The position numbers and the translations under genes are program-made. This document shows positions 12,322-27,152 of a stretch of 64,000 bases of DNA, in pieces; positions within the stretch are counted from its first letter, which is position 1, and each line of letters begins with the position of its first letter. Origin of the DNA: Parasitella parasitica NRRL 2501 (taxonomy: Eukaryota; Fungi; Mucoromycota); assembly GCA_025201805.1 (NCBI GenBank), contig MU619258.1, forward strand, positions 143,455 to 207,454, in the 5' to 3' direction. The notes below the pieces were generated by a model that was not told where the DNA came from, did not search any database, and worked only from the letters and a program-made list of their open reading frames with translations.

Positions 12322-13529
12322 ATGAACTCGACACATGATGACCTGACAGTTGTTGCACCCATCTTGAAGAGAATCCTAGATTGTGTCGTAAGCGGATCAA
12401 TGGACACAGCAGATGCTGACAACCAAGATTCGTCTTTTGAACGCTCTCTGTGTGCTGCTTGGGATGTGTGCACAGTGCAAGGGTACGCTTTAGCTATCAA
12501 AGACCAGCAATTTCACAGGGTTTTACTAAAAGTAGGTATGCATAAATCGCAGCATGCCAAAGCGACTCATGCCCAGTCCTAGGCCATCACTTCAACCTCA
12601 AGGCCTAGAACCAGAGAGTTGGCAATGGGCGCACTTGCAAACATGGCTTCCCACTGGGACTGTGGCATAGGTCCCTATTTATTGGACGATATGGATGTTT
12701 TGAAGCTATCCCGTTCAATACTCTGGAATGAAAATGATGCCAGAGTGCTGTTAGAAACTACTCGGTAAGTCAAAGCTGTGAAATCAGGAAGGAGACGCTT
12801 TTCAAACAGCCCCAATGCATAGCCTCTTGAACACGTTTCTATCATGCTCAATCGACACAAGTCACCAAACAGTGATTGAGCATGATAATTTGACAGAATT
12901 TCTAACGCCCATCTCTATGGCCCCGTCTATTTTTCATCAGTACACACTCATCATATGCAACACGCTCCATCCAGAGCTTCTACTCAAGAGTCTAGAACTG
13001 ATGACTCGCATTGTGGTCTATACTAACGCAATTACACACAGCATCACTCGGCGAAGACAGAGATTAGTGGACGTTGACAAACACGACGACAACGACAACG
13101 AAAACGACAACGACGAACACCGATTTATGGATAAACCTGACACGTTAGCTCTCGTGAATTGGGGCGCTGAAAGATTAGAGGAGGAAGGCAGAGGTGTTGG
13201 AATAGGAATGGGATTTCACCGCGGAGTGGCCAAAAATGTCATGCATTTACTATGGGCATTAATGGCTTACGGCATGGTCAGTGTTGCAGAATGTGGCAAG
13301 TATCAAATTGCACGGAATGAGGAGGCGTCTTTTTTACCCTAACCCTTCATCTTGTTTTATTAAAAAAAAAAAAAAAAAAAAAGGTCCCGAAATGACACAT
13401 GGCTTGGAACAATCCATGTCAAGACTAGTGTCATATATACAAGAGGATGATATGGACACGCGAGCCGAGGATGAAGACATACAAAATCTAGCACAAGCAT
13501 TAAACACAAAGCTATCCATGGCCAGTTGA
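12322..13529 (+). CDS. SAAL1-like ARM-type protein (4 exons)
   Basis: LCAAWDVC...RTRELAMGALANMA...DARVLLETTRLLNTFLS resembles the SAAL1 pattern as recalled (C..WD, RE..G.L.NMA, D..LLET.RLL). Canonical introns. Confidence 0.65.
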
Positions 13530-13611
13530 CGATAATCTGTCGTTCCGACAATCGCAACAAGAACAAATCCCCAAAAATACGTAACTCTGCTACTCTGTAT
13601 ATATTGTCACT

Positions 13612-13899
13612 TTATTCTCTCGTATAAATAGACGCATTGTTGGATGCACATTGGAATCCTATATTGATTAAATAATTTCCTATTACTGATTGACCAAGAC
13701 GCATATTAATGGCCTGCTTGGGAGAGTTGGAGTCTGCCGTTGAGATCATCCCCATACCGTGATTGTCATCCTCAACCTTGAAACTGTTGATAGATGCGTT
13801 GTTTTTTATAAACTGATCGATCCGAAGATAGCAATCAGCAGTTGTCATGTCATTTGGCGCAGATGGTGTTAATGGCTGAGAATTGCTCAAACTAGGCAT
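13612..13899 (-). CDS. Small hypothetical protein (~95 aa, MPSLSNSQPLTPS...)
   Basis: Open frame with an AAAAAATG start context and a TATAAA ~70 bp upstream; no family recognised. Confidence 0.45.
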   Translation of the reverse strand: MPSLSNSQPLTPSAPNDMTTADCYLRIDQFIKNNASINSFKVEDDNHGMGMISTADSNSPKQAINMRLGQSVIGNYLINIGFQCASNNASIYTRE

Positions 13900-14296
13900 T
13901 TTTTGTTGCGAATTACGGTATAAAAAAAAAAAAAAAAAAAAAAGTGCACTTTGTGGGCTGCGGTGAACATTTATAAAGAGCCTCGTCAATATCCATAATT
14001 AGTTACTCTACAAAAGTGTTTTGCGTAGCAGCATACGACTAGAATTCCACAAATAATGTAATTTGTCCAGTAAGTGGGAATGAGCCCTCTGTCCACTTTT
14101 TACATATCAACACGATGTATTTGTTTTGCATCCTACACACACATAAGCCTGGTAGCAGGTGTTGTAAGTCGGAGAAATCGCAAAAACTTTTTTAAAGATT
14201 ATATATTACGCTGTAATTGGGTTTCAAGGAGAAAATTAAAAATATTGCTATGTGCACATGGTATGGGAGTGGGATAAAACAGAAAAAAAGAATGAA

Positions 14297-17200
14297 TCAA
14301 GCTAAACCGCGCAAAATCAATTGAGCCTTATCAGAGCGTTTGGCCATAAAGAGGTGAGTGTTTTGACCTTCACCAGCCTCTTTCTGATCAAGACCATCAT
14401 CGCTGCTGCCGCAATCTTGCTCGTCTTCTACATCCGAAAAGTCACATGCAGAGTCAGCATCTCCAGGATGATGAGCAATGAAACGGCCAAGACGACTTAG
14501 GCGATCCACGATGGACTGGTTGTCACTGACGGCCTGTTGTAAGGAGGGAAATCGGACCATGCGGCGTAAGTGTAATGTGCTTTCGCGCACTTCTTCGTCG
14601 ATCAAAATTTCTTTTTCTGCAGAAACTTCCAACTTCATGGCACTGATCCAAGATTCAAGACCAATAAAAGACACCACAAATTCAGCTAATGCCATCACAG
14701 TGGACTCCAAGTCGCATTCATCTTCCATATTGAACTTGGTGTTCAATTTGACCTTGCTTTGCAATTTGCGAATTGCAATACGTAGCACTTGGGCATTCTC
14801 CAATTCGACAAGGCCTTGTTTTTGCTTTTCAACGTCAGAGCTTTTGAGCAAAATAGCACCGACAATGACATGAATCATGATCTTTTTAGTCAGCTCATCC
14901 AATTGATTCAGAGCAGCCTTCTGGGCAATACTCGAAGCTTTGCAAGTCATAGAACGAGGCACACGCTGGATCAAAGTAGACAGCCATTTCTCGGCCTGCT
15001 CGACATTATTTTTCCACAATGCTTCAACAGTGGCTCCAACAGCAGCAAGCCAATGCGCCAATCGTTGTTGGTCATTTGCGGTGCTAGATGAAGCACCGTC
15101 TTGTTTGTTTTGAATGGATGTGGCGGGTTCGGTGAGCAGCATGATATCATAGAAGGCAGTTTCGAGGCTTTCATCATACGCATCATCACAAGAAGCAATC
15201 GTGCCAATCAAACGGTCAAATTGGATGCGGAGGCCATCAAGCAAGTGAAGAGTTGCCAAAATAGCAACAGGGACGACGACAGGAGCAGTGTACGAAATGC
15301 TCAAGCGGGCATCTGCAGTCCAGCCACCAAGCATCGTTTGGCTCTGGATGATCTCCATGGTTTCAGACCAGGCACGAGTTTTACGCATGTCTTGAATAAT
15401 GTCATGCTCTTCATAAGGGTCCACCCAGGCAAGAGACTCCATCCACAAGTTACTTTCATCTACATCATTGCTTCCGTCGTTATCATCATCATTGTCAGCA
15501 TCGTTGTACATTTTGGTATGGTTGACAGCATGCAACCAAAAGTAACTGGATAGTTTCTCAGCAATGGATCGCTTAGGGATGATCAACGCCATTTGCACAG
15601 CTGCTGTTGCATAAGCACGAGTGTGGATTTGACCGACATGTCGGTGTGAACCTTCGTCAAAAGCATCGACTAAATTGATCATGCGCAAGCAAGAGTAAAG
15701 CATAGATATACGAGATGCGCCAAACGCACCTCCGATACACTTTGTTTCGTTTAGCTTGATCCATTTACAGACTTGGCCCCATTCTTCTTCAACCGTGCTA
15801 TCTTCATTATCGCCGTACATGATGTCATATCCAAGGACATGGTGCGAAAAGATACGGGCAGATTCCTTCATGAGGGGTACAATGGTTGCCAAAGTGCTAG
15901 TTGGCACATCTTCGTCTCCAGCCAGTTGGCCGTAGCGAATAGATTTGTCAAGAATATCATAGATTTGTCTGCATTTGAGTTCACCAGGTGTCGCTGTATT
16001 GTTAATCACATCTCGGCGAGGATGAGCGGTCATGTGGCGCTTATATTTATTGACCCGCTTCAGTTTGAAGGCGGATCCGACAAACATAGACTTGACGTAA
16101 GGGAAAAATAGTTGAAAGATGCATGCGAAAAAGACAAGTGTGTGTAAGGAGGACCTATTTACAGGGCGTGGTTAGTGGGTGGTAATTACACAGCCATACT
16201 ACTAATTCGTACCATGTAGTGTCAAATTTAAGCATGTTGCCGAGGAACGATTCAGGAGCGTTTGTGTTGCCAAAACTTTGAGAGACTGTGGTTGTGTCAC
16301 TGCCAGCAACGTTCGCTCTGGAAGTGTGGTGGTGATTTTGATACTGCTCAGAAGAGCTTGGACCCGTCGTCAAAGGCGACGTGGAAAAGAAAGTGATGCA
16401 CATGAACAGAGCCATAAAGACTCTGTTTGTCATTGCCGGCGGAGTGACAGGATCATTTGAGCCAGGCGAGCTGGAAGAAGATTCGTATTCATCAAAGGCT
16501 TCGAGCTGCTGCTGCTTTTGTTGCTGCCGAGCATTGTTGTGTCTGGCTCTCTTTCTATTGGCAGCTTTACGTTGTTGGTCTTGTTGCTTTTGAACTTGAC
16601 GTTCAATCAACAGCTGCTGTTGAATTTCTCTCTCTCTTTGTCGTTTTTGTACATGATAGCGTTGCAAGATGTCTTGGCCTCCGGGAAGTTGGGTCAAGAT
16701 GTGCTGCAGCGCTTGGTTTTCTCGACGAACGTCATCGCCTTGCTTTTTCAAGTGGTTAATGTATTCGGTTGCCTTCTTGAGAATGGTGGCTTTGTTCAAT
16801 TTGGTTGCAACTGCCACCCCGTCGAGAAACTCTTCGCCGTCTTCGCCCTCCTCTTCATCGTCTTCGGCCGCATTTTTTCGCTTGGCGCCAGTGTCTGTTC
16901 CTGTGGTACGGCTGTCTTTGACCTTGGCATACAAAAGGGCGGGAACAGCGTTCTTTAACTCGGCAATGCGATCGTTGATATTGTTGCGATAGCGCCGTTC
17001 AATGGCATTATGAGCAGTCTTTTTGTGCTGACGGCCGACAGGAGGTTGTGTGTTGTTCAGCGCAGCATTCACGGCATTGTTGATGATACTATTGGACTTT
17101 AAACGTTGAATGGGAACTTTTGCTAAATCAAAAACAATTGGTCAGAATTAATTTTTTTTTTTTTTTTTCACATTGGTTTTAGATTTCGCACTGTACCCTG

Positions 17201-17397
17201 AGAAGAGTCTAATGGCGCATTGATTGAAGGTGAAGCCCAGCTCATGAAATCAATAGCAGGTGTGGTGAGGTTGGGATTATTTGGAGATTCTTTACTCTCA
17301 GTCGCTGGAGAGACATTTTGAAACACTGGCATATCCGTTGCTGTTGTTGGTGATGTTGAGGAGTAAGTAATAGCAGGAGTGGCAGTGGTGGAAGCAG

Positions 17398-17439
<42 letters not shown>

Positions 17440-17911
17440 TTTGCTGTTGCTGTTGCTGGTTTAAGGGAGGAGAGTATGGCAAGGACTCCGGACTAGCGTA
17501 TTCTTGCTTTATGCTAGAGTTGTTGGCATCCCATTGCGGAGGGTTGTCATATGCTGGTGCTTTGGCACAAGGGATTTGATTAGATGATTGCGGAGGTATT
17601 AGTCCGGATAACGACTCGTAAAGCAGCGAAGGGCCCTGCTGCTGATAGCTGTTTGCAGTGATGGCATCGCTGTGATGGAATATAGGTTCGGCTTGCTGGT
17701 TTCTTGAAGTGTTATTCAAGAACAACTGGCTGTCCATTGGCAGATACTTATCAAAGTCTTGCCAAGAATCCTGCTGAAGGAGGGCGGCTTGAGCTTGTTG
17801 CTGCAATTCTAAATCAAACTGGGATAAGGAAAAGTAATTGGATGGATCATCCTCCATCAGACTGTTAGGATCAGCAAATAAGTCTACTGCAAGTGGTGGG
17901 AATGCTTCCAT
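14297..17911 (-). CDS. SREBP (Sre1/SrbA-like) sterol/hypoxia bHLH transcription factor, 3 exons
   Basis: bHLH KKTAHNAIERRYRNNINDRIAELK...KLNKATILKKATEYI with the SREBP-diagnostic Tyr; transmembrane segment VFMALFMCITFF; long C-terminal regulatory region; acidic and poly-Q N-terminus. Confidence 0.92.
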
Positions 17912-20210
17912 TTTTCAGTAATTGTGGAGAAACAGAAAGAAAAAAACAAGGGAAAGGAAGGGAAACGTACATTTATTGCAATCCAACCCTTCGCCAGCCC
18001 CCTCCGCCTTTTTTTGCCCCATAATATACAGTATATAACCGGTCAAAACGACCCACTTAAAACCCAGTGTTGGTATCCACATTATCAAATATTGATGAAA
18101 AAAAAATGGCCTGATTTTTTCCATTTCGACAAACTAAATATGGCTAATTTCTTCCCTAAAACGACATGTCCAAAGTGTAAAAATATCATGGAAATGCTCG
18201 AGACACAAGCCAGCGTTGAACTGTTGTCATATGGCTGAATTTTGGGTCTTCTTTCCATGCAATGCACAATCCTGACATGTTTTCATTAGTAGCGTCTTCA
18301 TTTTATCAGTTCAATCTACCGTTGCACAAACTAGTCGTAATGATAATAATACCACCAACACAGAACCAAGTTTTTCAATTTAGCTGGGTCCCTTCCAGTC
18401 AATTCTAATATAAGCATTTGAGATATACATATAAATATATATATATCAAACATAGCAACTCGAGAAATTCATATAGCATTTGCCAGCTGCAGCGTAATGC
18501 GGATACCTTGCCAAAATAATGTGTGCAGTGTAAATACGCAAAAATGTCTCGTGAAAATGAGTAATTGGAGTCTAAATCAGTATAATAAAACATTGCTTAA
18601 AAGTAGAACAATCATGCTCTTCTTGGACACAAACGATCAGGCACCTGTCATCTGCTTGGCTTTGGCACCGATAGACCAGGAACACCTTTTCCATGGACTT
18701 TCCCATTCGATACTAGCTTCTCATTAGTAAGGTATTGCTGGCATAGCATTAGACTACTAATCTATAGTATCTACGCAAATTTTTGAATTTCCACATGTGT
18801 CCGGCTGCATACAAATGCTCACGATTCATCGATACCACGGACCAGCTTTGTGTGTCCTACTCTAAATTTTACCCCCCTGCTTGCTTGTAGTTTTCTCCTG
18901 TTTCTGTCGCATCGAACCCCAAGTAACCGTTATGAATAATACCGTATGTATGGTTCAAGTTGAGCAAGCAACAACCAATGGCATGTTGCATAATACTGGT
19001 AGTGCTAGCTTGAGTATTAATGATGTGTCTGTTGTGACATTTTGTATAATACTCTTTTAGCTACTAATTTGCTGTACCTTTGATTGGATTGGCCACATTT
19101 TAGCTCATTGCTAAGCTCTGAAAGATAACATCGCCTATGCTTCCGCCGATGCCGCCGACAAAAATTATAATTACCAATACGGTATACTTGGCACCCTTAT
19201 TACTGGTAAATGTATATTAAACTACATCCGGATGCTAATTTAACCTAGTTCACATTCTTGATTACATCAGACTACACCATCTGCCATCTGGTAGTCTACA
19301 TCCTATACTATCTTTCATATATATATGGTTGCTGATTTTGACCATTCTATTTGCATAGATGAATTAGAATTGCTGTGCTTAGCCTGAATGAACATACACT
19401 TTTGTCATAGTAAATAATGAACCTTGGCTTAATCACATATCTGAACATCTCATCTTGCATTTCAGCAGCAGCAGAGGCAGTTAGATCAAAATGATTGTTA
19501 TTTAGCANNNNNNNNNNAAAAAAAAAAAAAAAAAACAGGAAACAAATATTCTCAATTTTTAGAACCAAAAATAAGGATTATTTCTATAGTAATAAATTGT
19601 ACCTAAAAACAAGAGGGAAACAGCTTGTACCTACCCATAATTCAATGAGTGCCGGTCAATATTTTTGACAATTTCTTATCTGAAAATGCATCAGATGGTA
19701 GCTATGAGTTCCAGGTAACAGTGCAACATAATTTAAGACTCTAAATCGATCAGAAAGGCTATGTTTATATAAACAAAGTAGTAAAGGATAGCTTCGAGGT
19801 TTTTATTTTATTTTTTTGCTCTTTTAGTGATGGGATTTCTTTCTTATTTGAATTGATATCTGTTAGGCTTGTGTACAAACCCTTGCTATCAATGCACTTT
19901 TATTTTTATTTGCTAGTTGATTATAATTGGAAGAAAGTATCATTTGACATATAAAAGTATGCAAATGTGTCTAATGTGCAGCGTCTTCATCTCAATCTCG
20001 TTTTTCGTTGCTTGATAACACCATGGTACCTGTTGGCCTGGGTTCCAATCGCAAAAAGTCATGCTCCAAGACCTTCTCACGCATTAAAATGCAAGACTAA
20101 AAAAGATTTATTAATACATTTGGCTTGTAGATTTCTTTATCTATGCTCTTTTATCTATAGTATACTTGTCTTTTTTTTATTTTTATTTTACTTGCAACGG
20201 AAACAAAGCA

Positions 20211-21132
20211 ATGAACCCTTCAGATTGGATCGATGTCACCACAGAAAAGAATCACTACTCTCTTGACCACTTTGTGATCCCGGATCACTATGAAAAAGAT
20301 GTTTCCAGTATTTTGATCCCTCATGGCGTTATTATAGTACATATACACGATGAATCTCGAAAACAAGTGTCTACGCTTACTAAAACTAAACGGTTTATAT
20401 AGGATCGAATCAAGAAATTGGCCAGAATGATTGTCGACAGCTCGCCAGGGCCTTTGGGTAAGTTGCTATGGATACGAACGTAAACCACAATAAAGCTCAT
20501 GTGTTTTCGTCAGTTGTTTGCTGTGTATTAAAGGGTGGCCATCAATACTTTGCTGATTTGGTTGATGAAATCAAGAAGCTGCGTAGAATCAATGGGACCA
20601 GTGTTCAACTCTCTCTAGAGTTTATTCGAGTCAAGTCTTATACGAATGATACCTCTACTGGCGGCGTCAAAATATCTTTAACCGATGCAGAGCTGCAAGA
20701 ATTTAGAGGAAAGGTAAGAAAGGCTCGGTAAAGTCTGTCTGTGTAGAGAGACAGGATATTCATGTTTGTGTGCTGATGCGAAAAATCGATAGAATCTTCT
20801 GATTGTCGAAGATATCATTGACACGGGTGCAACCATGGTCAAGTTGCTGGATAGATTAAATACCGTTGAACCGGCATCTGTTCGTGTTACTAGCCTATTG
20901 ATCAAGAAAACATCCAGGAGCAACAATTATGTGCCAGATTATGTTGGCTTTTCTATTCCCGATGAATTTGTTGTAGGGTATGCGTTGGATTACAACGAGT
21001 ATTTCAGAGATCTTGATCATATCTGCATTATTAGCGTAAGTCGCATGTGTTATTTAGAGGGAATTTCTTTATTAACGAGTTCATTTTTTTTTTCTTAAAC
21101 AGGAAACGGGAAAGGTAAAATACGCCGTTTAG
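20211..21132 (+). CDS. HPRT: Hypoxanthine-guanine phosphoribosyltransferase, multi-exon
   Basis: [34 protein letters not shown] (PRPP-binding), [42 protein letters not shown]. Confidence 0.97.
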
Positions 21133-21549
21133 TCCATCTCGCTTCTCTTCTTTGCTAATTTAGCCAACAAGAGTTTGTCTAATTCTTGCTGCGAAGTTCT
21201 TTTCATATATTGAATAAAGTTAATTTCACTGCCCTAACATAAGCCCAGTAGAAGTACCTTTCATTTAAGCAATTATTCATGGCTTTTAGCTTCGTTCTAC
21301 ATGTCCACATCACAGTGACATTATGCTCCTTACTGCAAGTAACAAAGTCTAACGAGACATAGTATGAGAGAATGTCGCAAATGCGATTCAGCTGATTTAA
21401 ATACCTTTGATTGGCAATTGACAGGCCTCCAGGGCCTTTGCTTTCATATCTTTGTAACAGGTCTCTTCCTCAGCTCTTGTGAGTGCGTGAAGTTCTGTAT
21501 TCCTTGGAATAAAGGGATTATTCATGGTCTCTTCTTGTGATTTTCCCAT
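21129..21549 (-). CDS. CMC1: CMC1-family twin-CX9C mitochondrial COX assembly protein (3 exons; not in the ORF track)
   Basis: Spliced translation MGKSQEETMNNPF...[79 protein letters not shown], containing two CX9C motifs. Confidence 0.85.
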
Positions 21550-22743
21550 TTTTGTGTCAAGTTTTGCTAGGGTCGTTGGTGTAAATAATAAAAAAGAGAA
21601 AGCAAATTATGATATGATATGTCCATATCGCCGTTTGGTGACTGTAATTACATTGGAAAGGGCTGCTACCGTACGTGTTTAGAGCTGGGAAATAGCAATG
21701 AGCAACTCAAACACAAGCAAGCAAATAGTGTATTAGAAACTATAGAATGAACAGTATAAATTGGATACAGCCAAATTTTTATTATAAAAATAGTGTCAAG
21801 AAAGATTGTTTGAATAAAATTTAGACTAAAAAAAATCTACATCACTGGTAAATCTAATAACTACTACTATACTACGTGCATAGACCTATTGGTATGAAAC
21901 AATTGTTTCATACAGTACGTGTCATTCACTTTCTGAAAGATAGATCCTTCTCTTTGAAAAGATAGATCCTTCTCTTTCAGAATAAATGCAACATGCTACC
22001 CCTTTGTTTTCCACATTTTTCATTTACATTGGTTTTAAAAAAAAAAAATTTGGTGGCAATATGCCTAGATGCTCCGAAGAGCGGTGCCTTCAAACACACA
22101 AGGTGCTGTAAGTTTGAGCAAAAGCTCATTCCGTCCTTCTCAAGGGGATTGCCAAAGTTCTCTCCTTTCGTTATGCACAAGGAGAAAAGAAAAAAAAAAT
22201 TGCAAGAAAAAAAAATTTCTCATTTAAATCCTCTCTAGTGGCTTATTGATGATGAGACAGATGAGTCAAAAAGATTATGGTTGTGATACCATGTAAAAAT
22301 TTCATATTAATAGGGTTGCTAATCAATAAGTATAGCGAATTAGACCTGCCAAAATGTTTGTGTACGAACGTGTCTACTTTCCTACTTTTTTCACTTTAAA
22401 AAAAAGTCAAACAGACCACAGGCCAGCTCCATTGCCAGATGCATTGGAAGTTTACGCTCGTTGAGAGAAGAAAAAGCTAAAGCCAAGTCAAGCCCTTTTG
22501 GTGCACGCCACCACAATCTGAATTATCCACGGCGCTGACCGAGTACTATGGGCAGCTGATTCGAGGCTAATTGCACACAGAACCTGCAAAAGAAGCTAAT
22601 ATTGTTATAATGCGAGGTGGAGGCACCGCCACAGTCCTTAAAGGGCCCTACGTGGTGAGGTTAAGCTTGTTTGCTTATTTTAGAAGAGTTATTTTTAGTT
22701 GCATCGTTTTCTTAATTACAAGGCATAAAAGTTTCTTATCCCT

Positions 22744-22804
22744 GGCATCATCAATGCATTTCACGTAAGCCATCAATGCAATTCACGCAAGCCATCAATG
22801 CAAT
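22744..22804 (+). repeat. 22-bp tandem repeat (gccatcaatgcaattcacgcaa), ~2.7 copies
   Basis: Read directly from the sequence. Confidence 0.8.
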
Positions 22805-23598
22805 ATATTACTAAGTTTTCAACCATTCAACATGCATCATAAGTTCTCGTCTCTAACCTCTATTATGAGAAAGTTGCCTTGTTATCACTGATGGAAAAGA
22901 AAATGCTTCGTAAACTTATAATCCCTAGTGATAGCGACATAGTTGTGCACACAACGTATCTTTGAATCCTGAGCCCAGCTGGCTAACTTGATGCTTCCAG
23001 AACATGTTCCAATTAAAACATGAATCGTTAATCAGTCTCCACAATGACAATATTGGTAGACTGATGAGTGCATTGTTTGGCTATGCACCATCAATGCTTA
23101 TCATAAAGTTCTGCATTCTAATTTGAATTTGTTGGTGGAATGCATACAAATATTGATCTGGTATACCGAGATTACTACTAAAGAGTCATTGCTGTTAATT
23201 GAGGATATTATAAATTGAAAGAGCACCACAAGAGCAATCACTCTACAGACTGCTGTCTTCACATCGACTATACATAAAGCTCGTCAATTTGAATGCGTTC
23301 TGAAAGCAGTAATGTGGCGCATAGCTAACAGCAAGCAGGATATTACTTGATTTAGGTCTAATATTACACAAAGAAGGCTCAAAGTGCAGAAATGCCCCTT
23401 TCGAGCTGTGGCGGTCATCGACTCTTTCCAAACATGGTAGGCCTTTGCCTCGTTAGGCAAGCTAGACATGTAAAAATAGACCCTTTTAAAAAATCTGAAA
23501 TACATAATTCAAATTGGCTATGCAAAGTATAAAAAGAACGAGAAATTCTGTCATGTCTCTGATTCATAGCATATTTCAATTACATACAAACAATAACA

Positions 23599-23808
23599 AT
23601 GCCAGCAATTCAATGGGTATACGCTAACGGCTGCAGTTGGGTTACATTGGACGCACTGGCTCAGAGCCATATCGAAAGCCTATGGTCTTCATGCGGATCA
23701 AACTGGATTCAATCAAAATCTTTTAGATGTCCTGTGTATATAGACATCAGTCAAATGGTGCTCATGTGTGAAGGTACCGCATATAGCATTGCCCGCCGGA
23801 GGGCATAA
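23599..23808 (+). CDS. 69-aa stand-alone WWE-like domain protein
   Basis: QWVYANGCSW...HIESLW...VYIDISQM...SIARR fits the W-W-E / YxID..M / RR pattern of WWE domains. TATAAAA at ~23528 and an ACAATG start context. Confidence 0.65.
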   Translation: MPAIQWVYANGCSWVTLDALAQSHIESLWSSCGSNWIQSKSFRCPVYIDISQMVLMCEGTAYSIARRRA

Positions 23809-24452
23809 AATCTACGCAGCAGTAGATAATATTTACTCATATGAAGCAACTTAATCAACAGTATTTACAGCTACAAACCACCTATGCAAATTTATGATAT
23901 CACCTATGTCCCCCCTCCTCACCTCTCATATTATTAGATTATTGTATGCCAAATTTATTCATTCCTATTTCAATTCAAGCGCATTTGTGTGCAAACTTTC
24001 GTTTTAATAAATAATCGTATGGTAATACTTGATGTATTTCTAATACTTCTATAAGTAATTATGCTGGTATGATATACACAACATTTATATACACTCTAAC
24101 ATATGAATCAACAACATGCGGATCGCCATTGACAGGTCCTGCATTGAAATCTAGCATAAACGAGAGTGGCCCATTGAAAACCATGGAAACGCATCCAACG
24201 TTATTAAAAAAGCCCTTTATGTACTGGACCGTTTAGAGAATAAATCATACGGTGATTTGTTGGCAGCAGCCATAGCAACGACCGACAAATCCGCAGTACA
24301 TTTGGACTAGGGATGCAAACAGAGGCATCCCACTGTCGTATCGTACTATGTATAGGTGACTTAGTTAGGACTGGGTTTTGCACACCTTAAAACCATCATC
24401 TTCATTGAAAATTTTTTAGTCTTTTCACATCTTTAAAATCAAACAATTCACA

Positions 24453-26767
<2,315 letters not shown>

Positions 26768-27152
26768 ATTTCATCAATTCAAAATATATACTACAAATCA
26801 TCATTTTATACACATCCAATTTTTGCACACTTGTTATTATTATTATTATTATTTTTTTTTTTATAGAGGACATTCCCTTATATGTAAATTTACATAAATA
26901 GTCTGTAAAATATGAACTATTTGTATTATTACCGCCATCATTTGTTTGTAAACTTGTGTATTCTAGCTCTCTATCGACTGTCAGTGATATTTGACATATA
27001 TTCAAGTGCTCTGTTTGGGAAAAATACCCCCTATCAGCTAGCACTGTTCCTGCACTAGTACTAATTTGCTCTTGAAATAATTACAATGAAAATAAGTGTT
27101 TTTTTTTTTTTAATCAAATAATATGTGGATTTATGTATAGTTTATGTACAAT

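Noticed and set aside
17398-17458. Poly-Cys ORFs, also at ~40920..40966
   Set aside because: They are the antisense reading of CAG/CAA poly-Gln tracts in SREBP and the WDR81-like gene.
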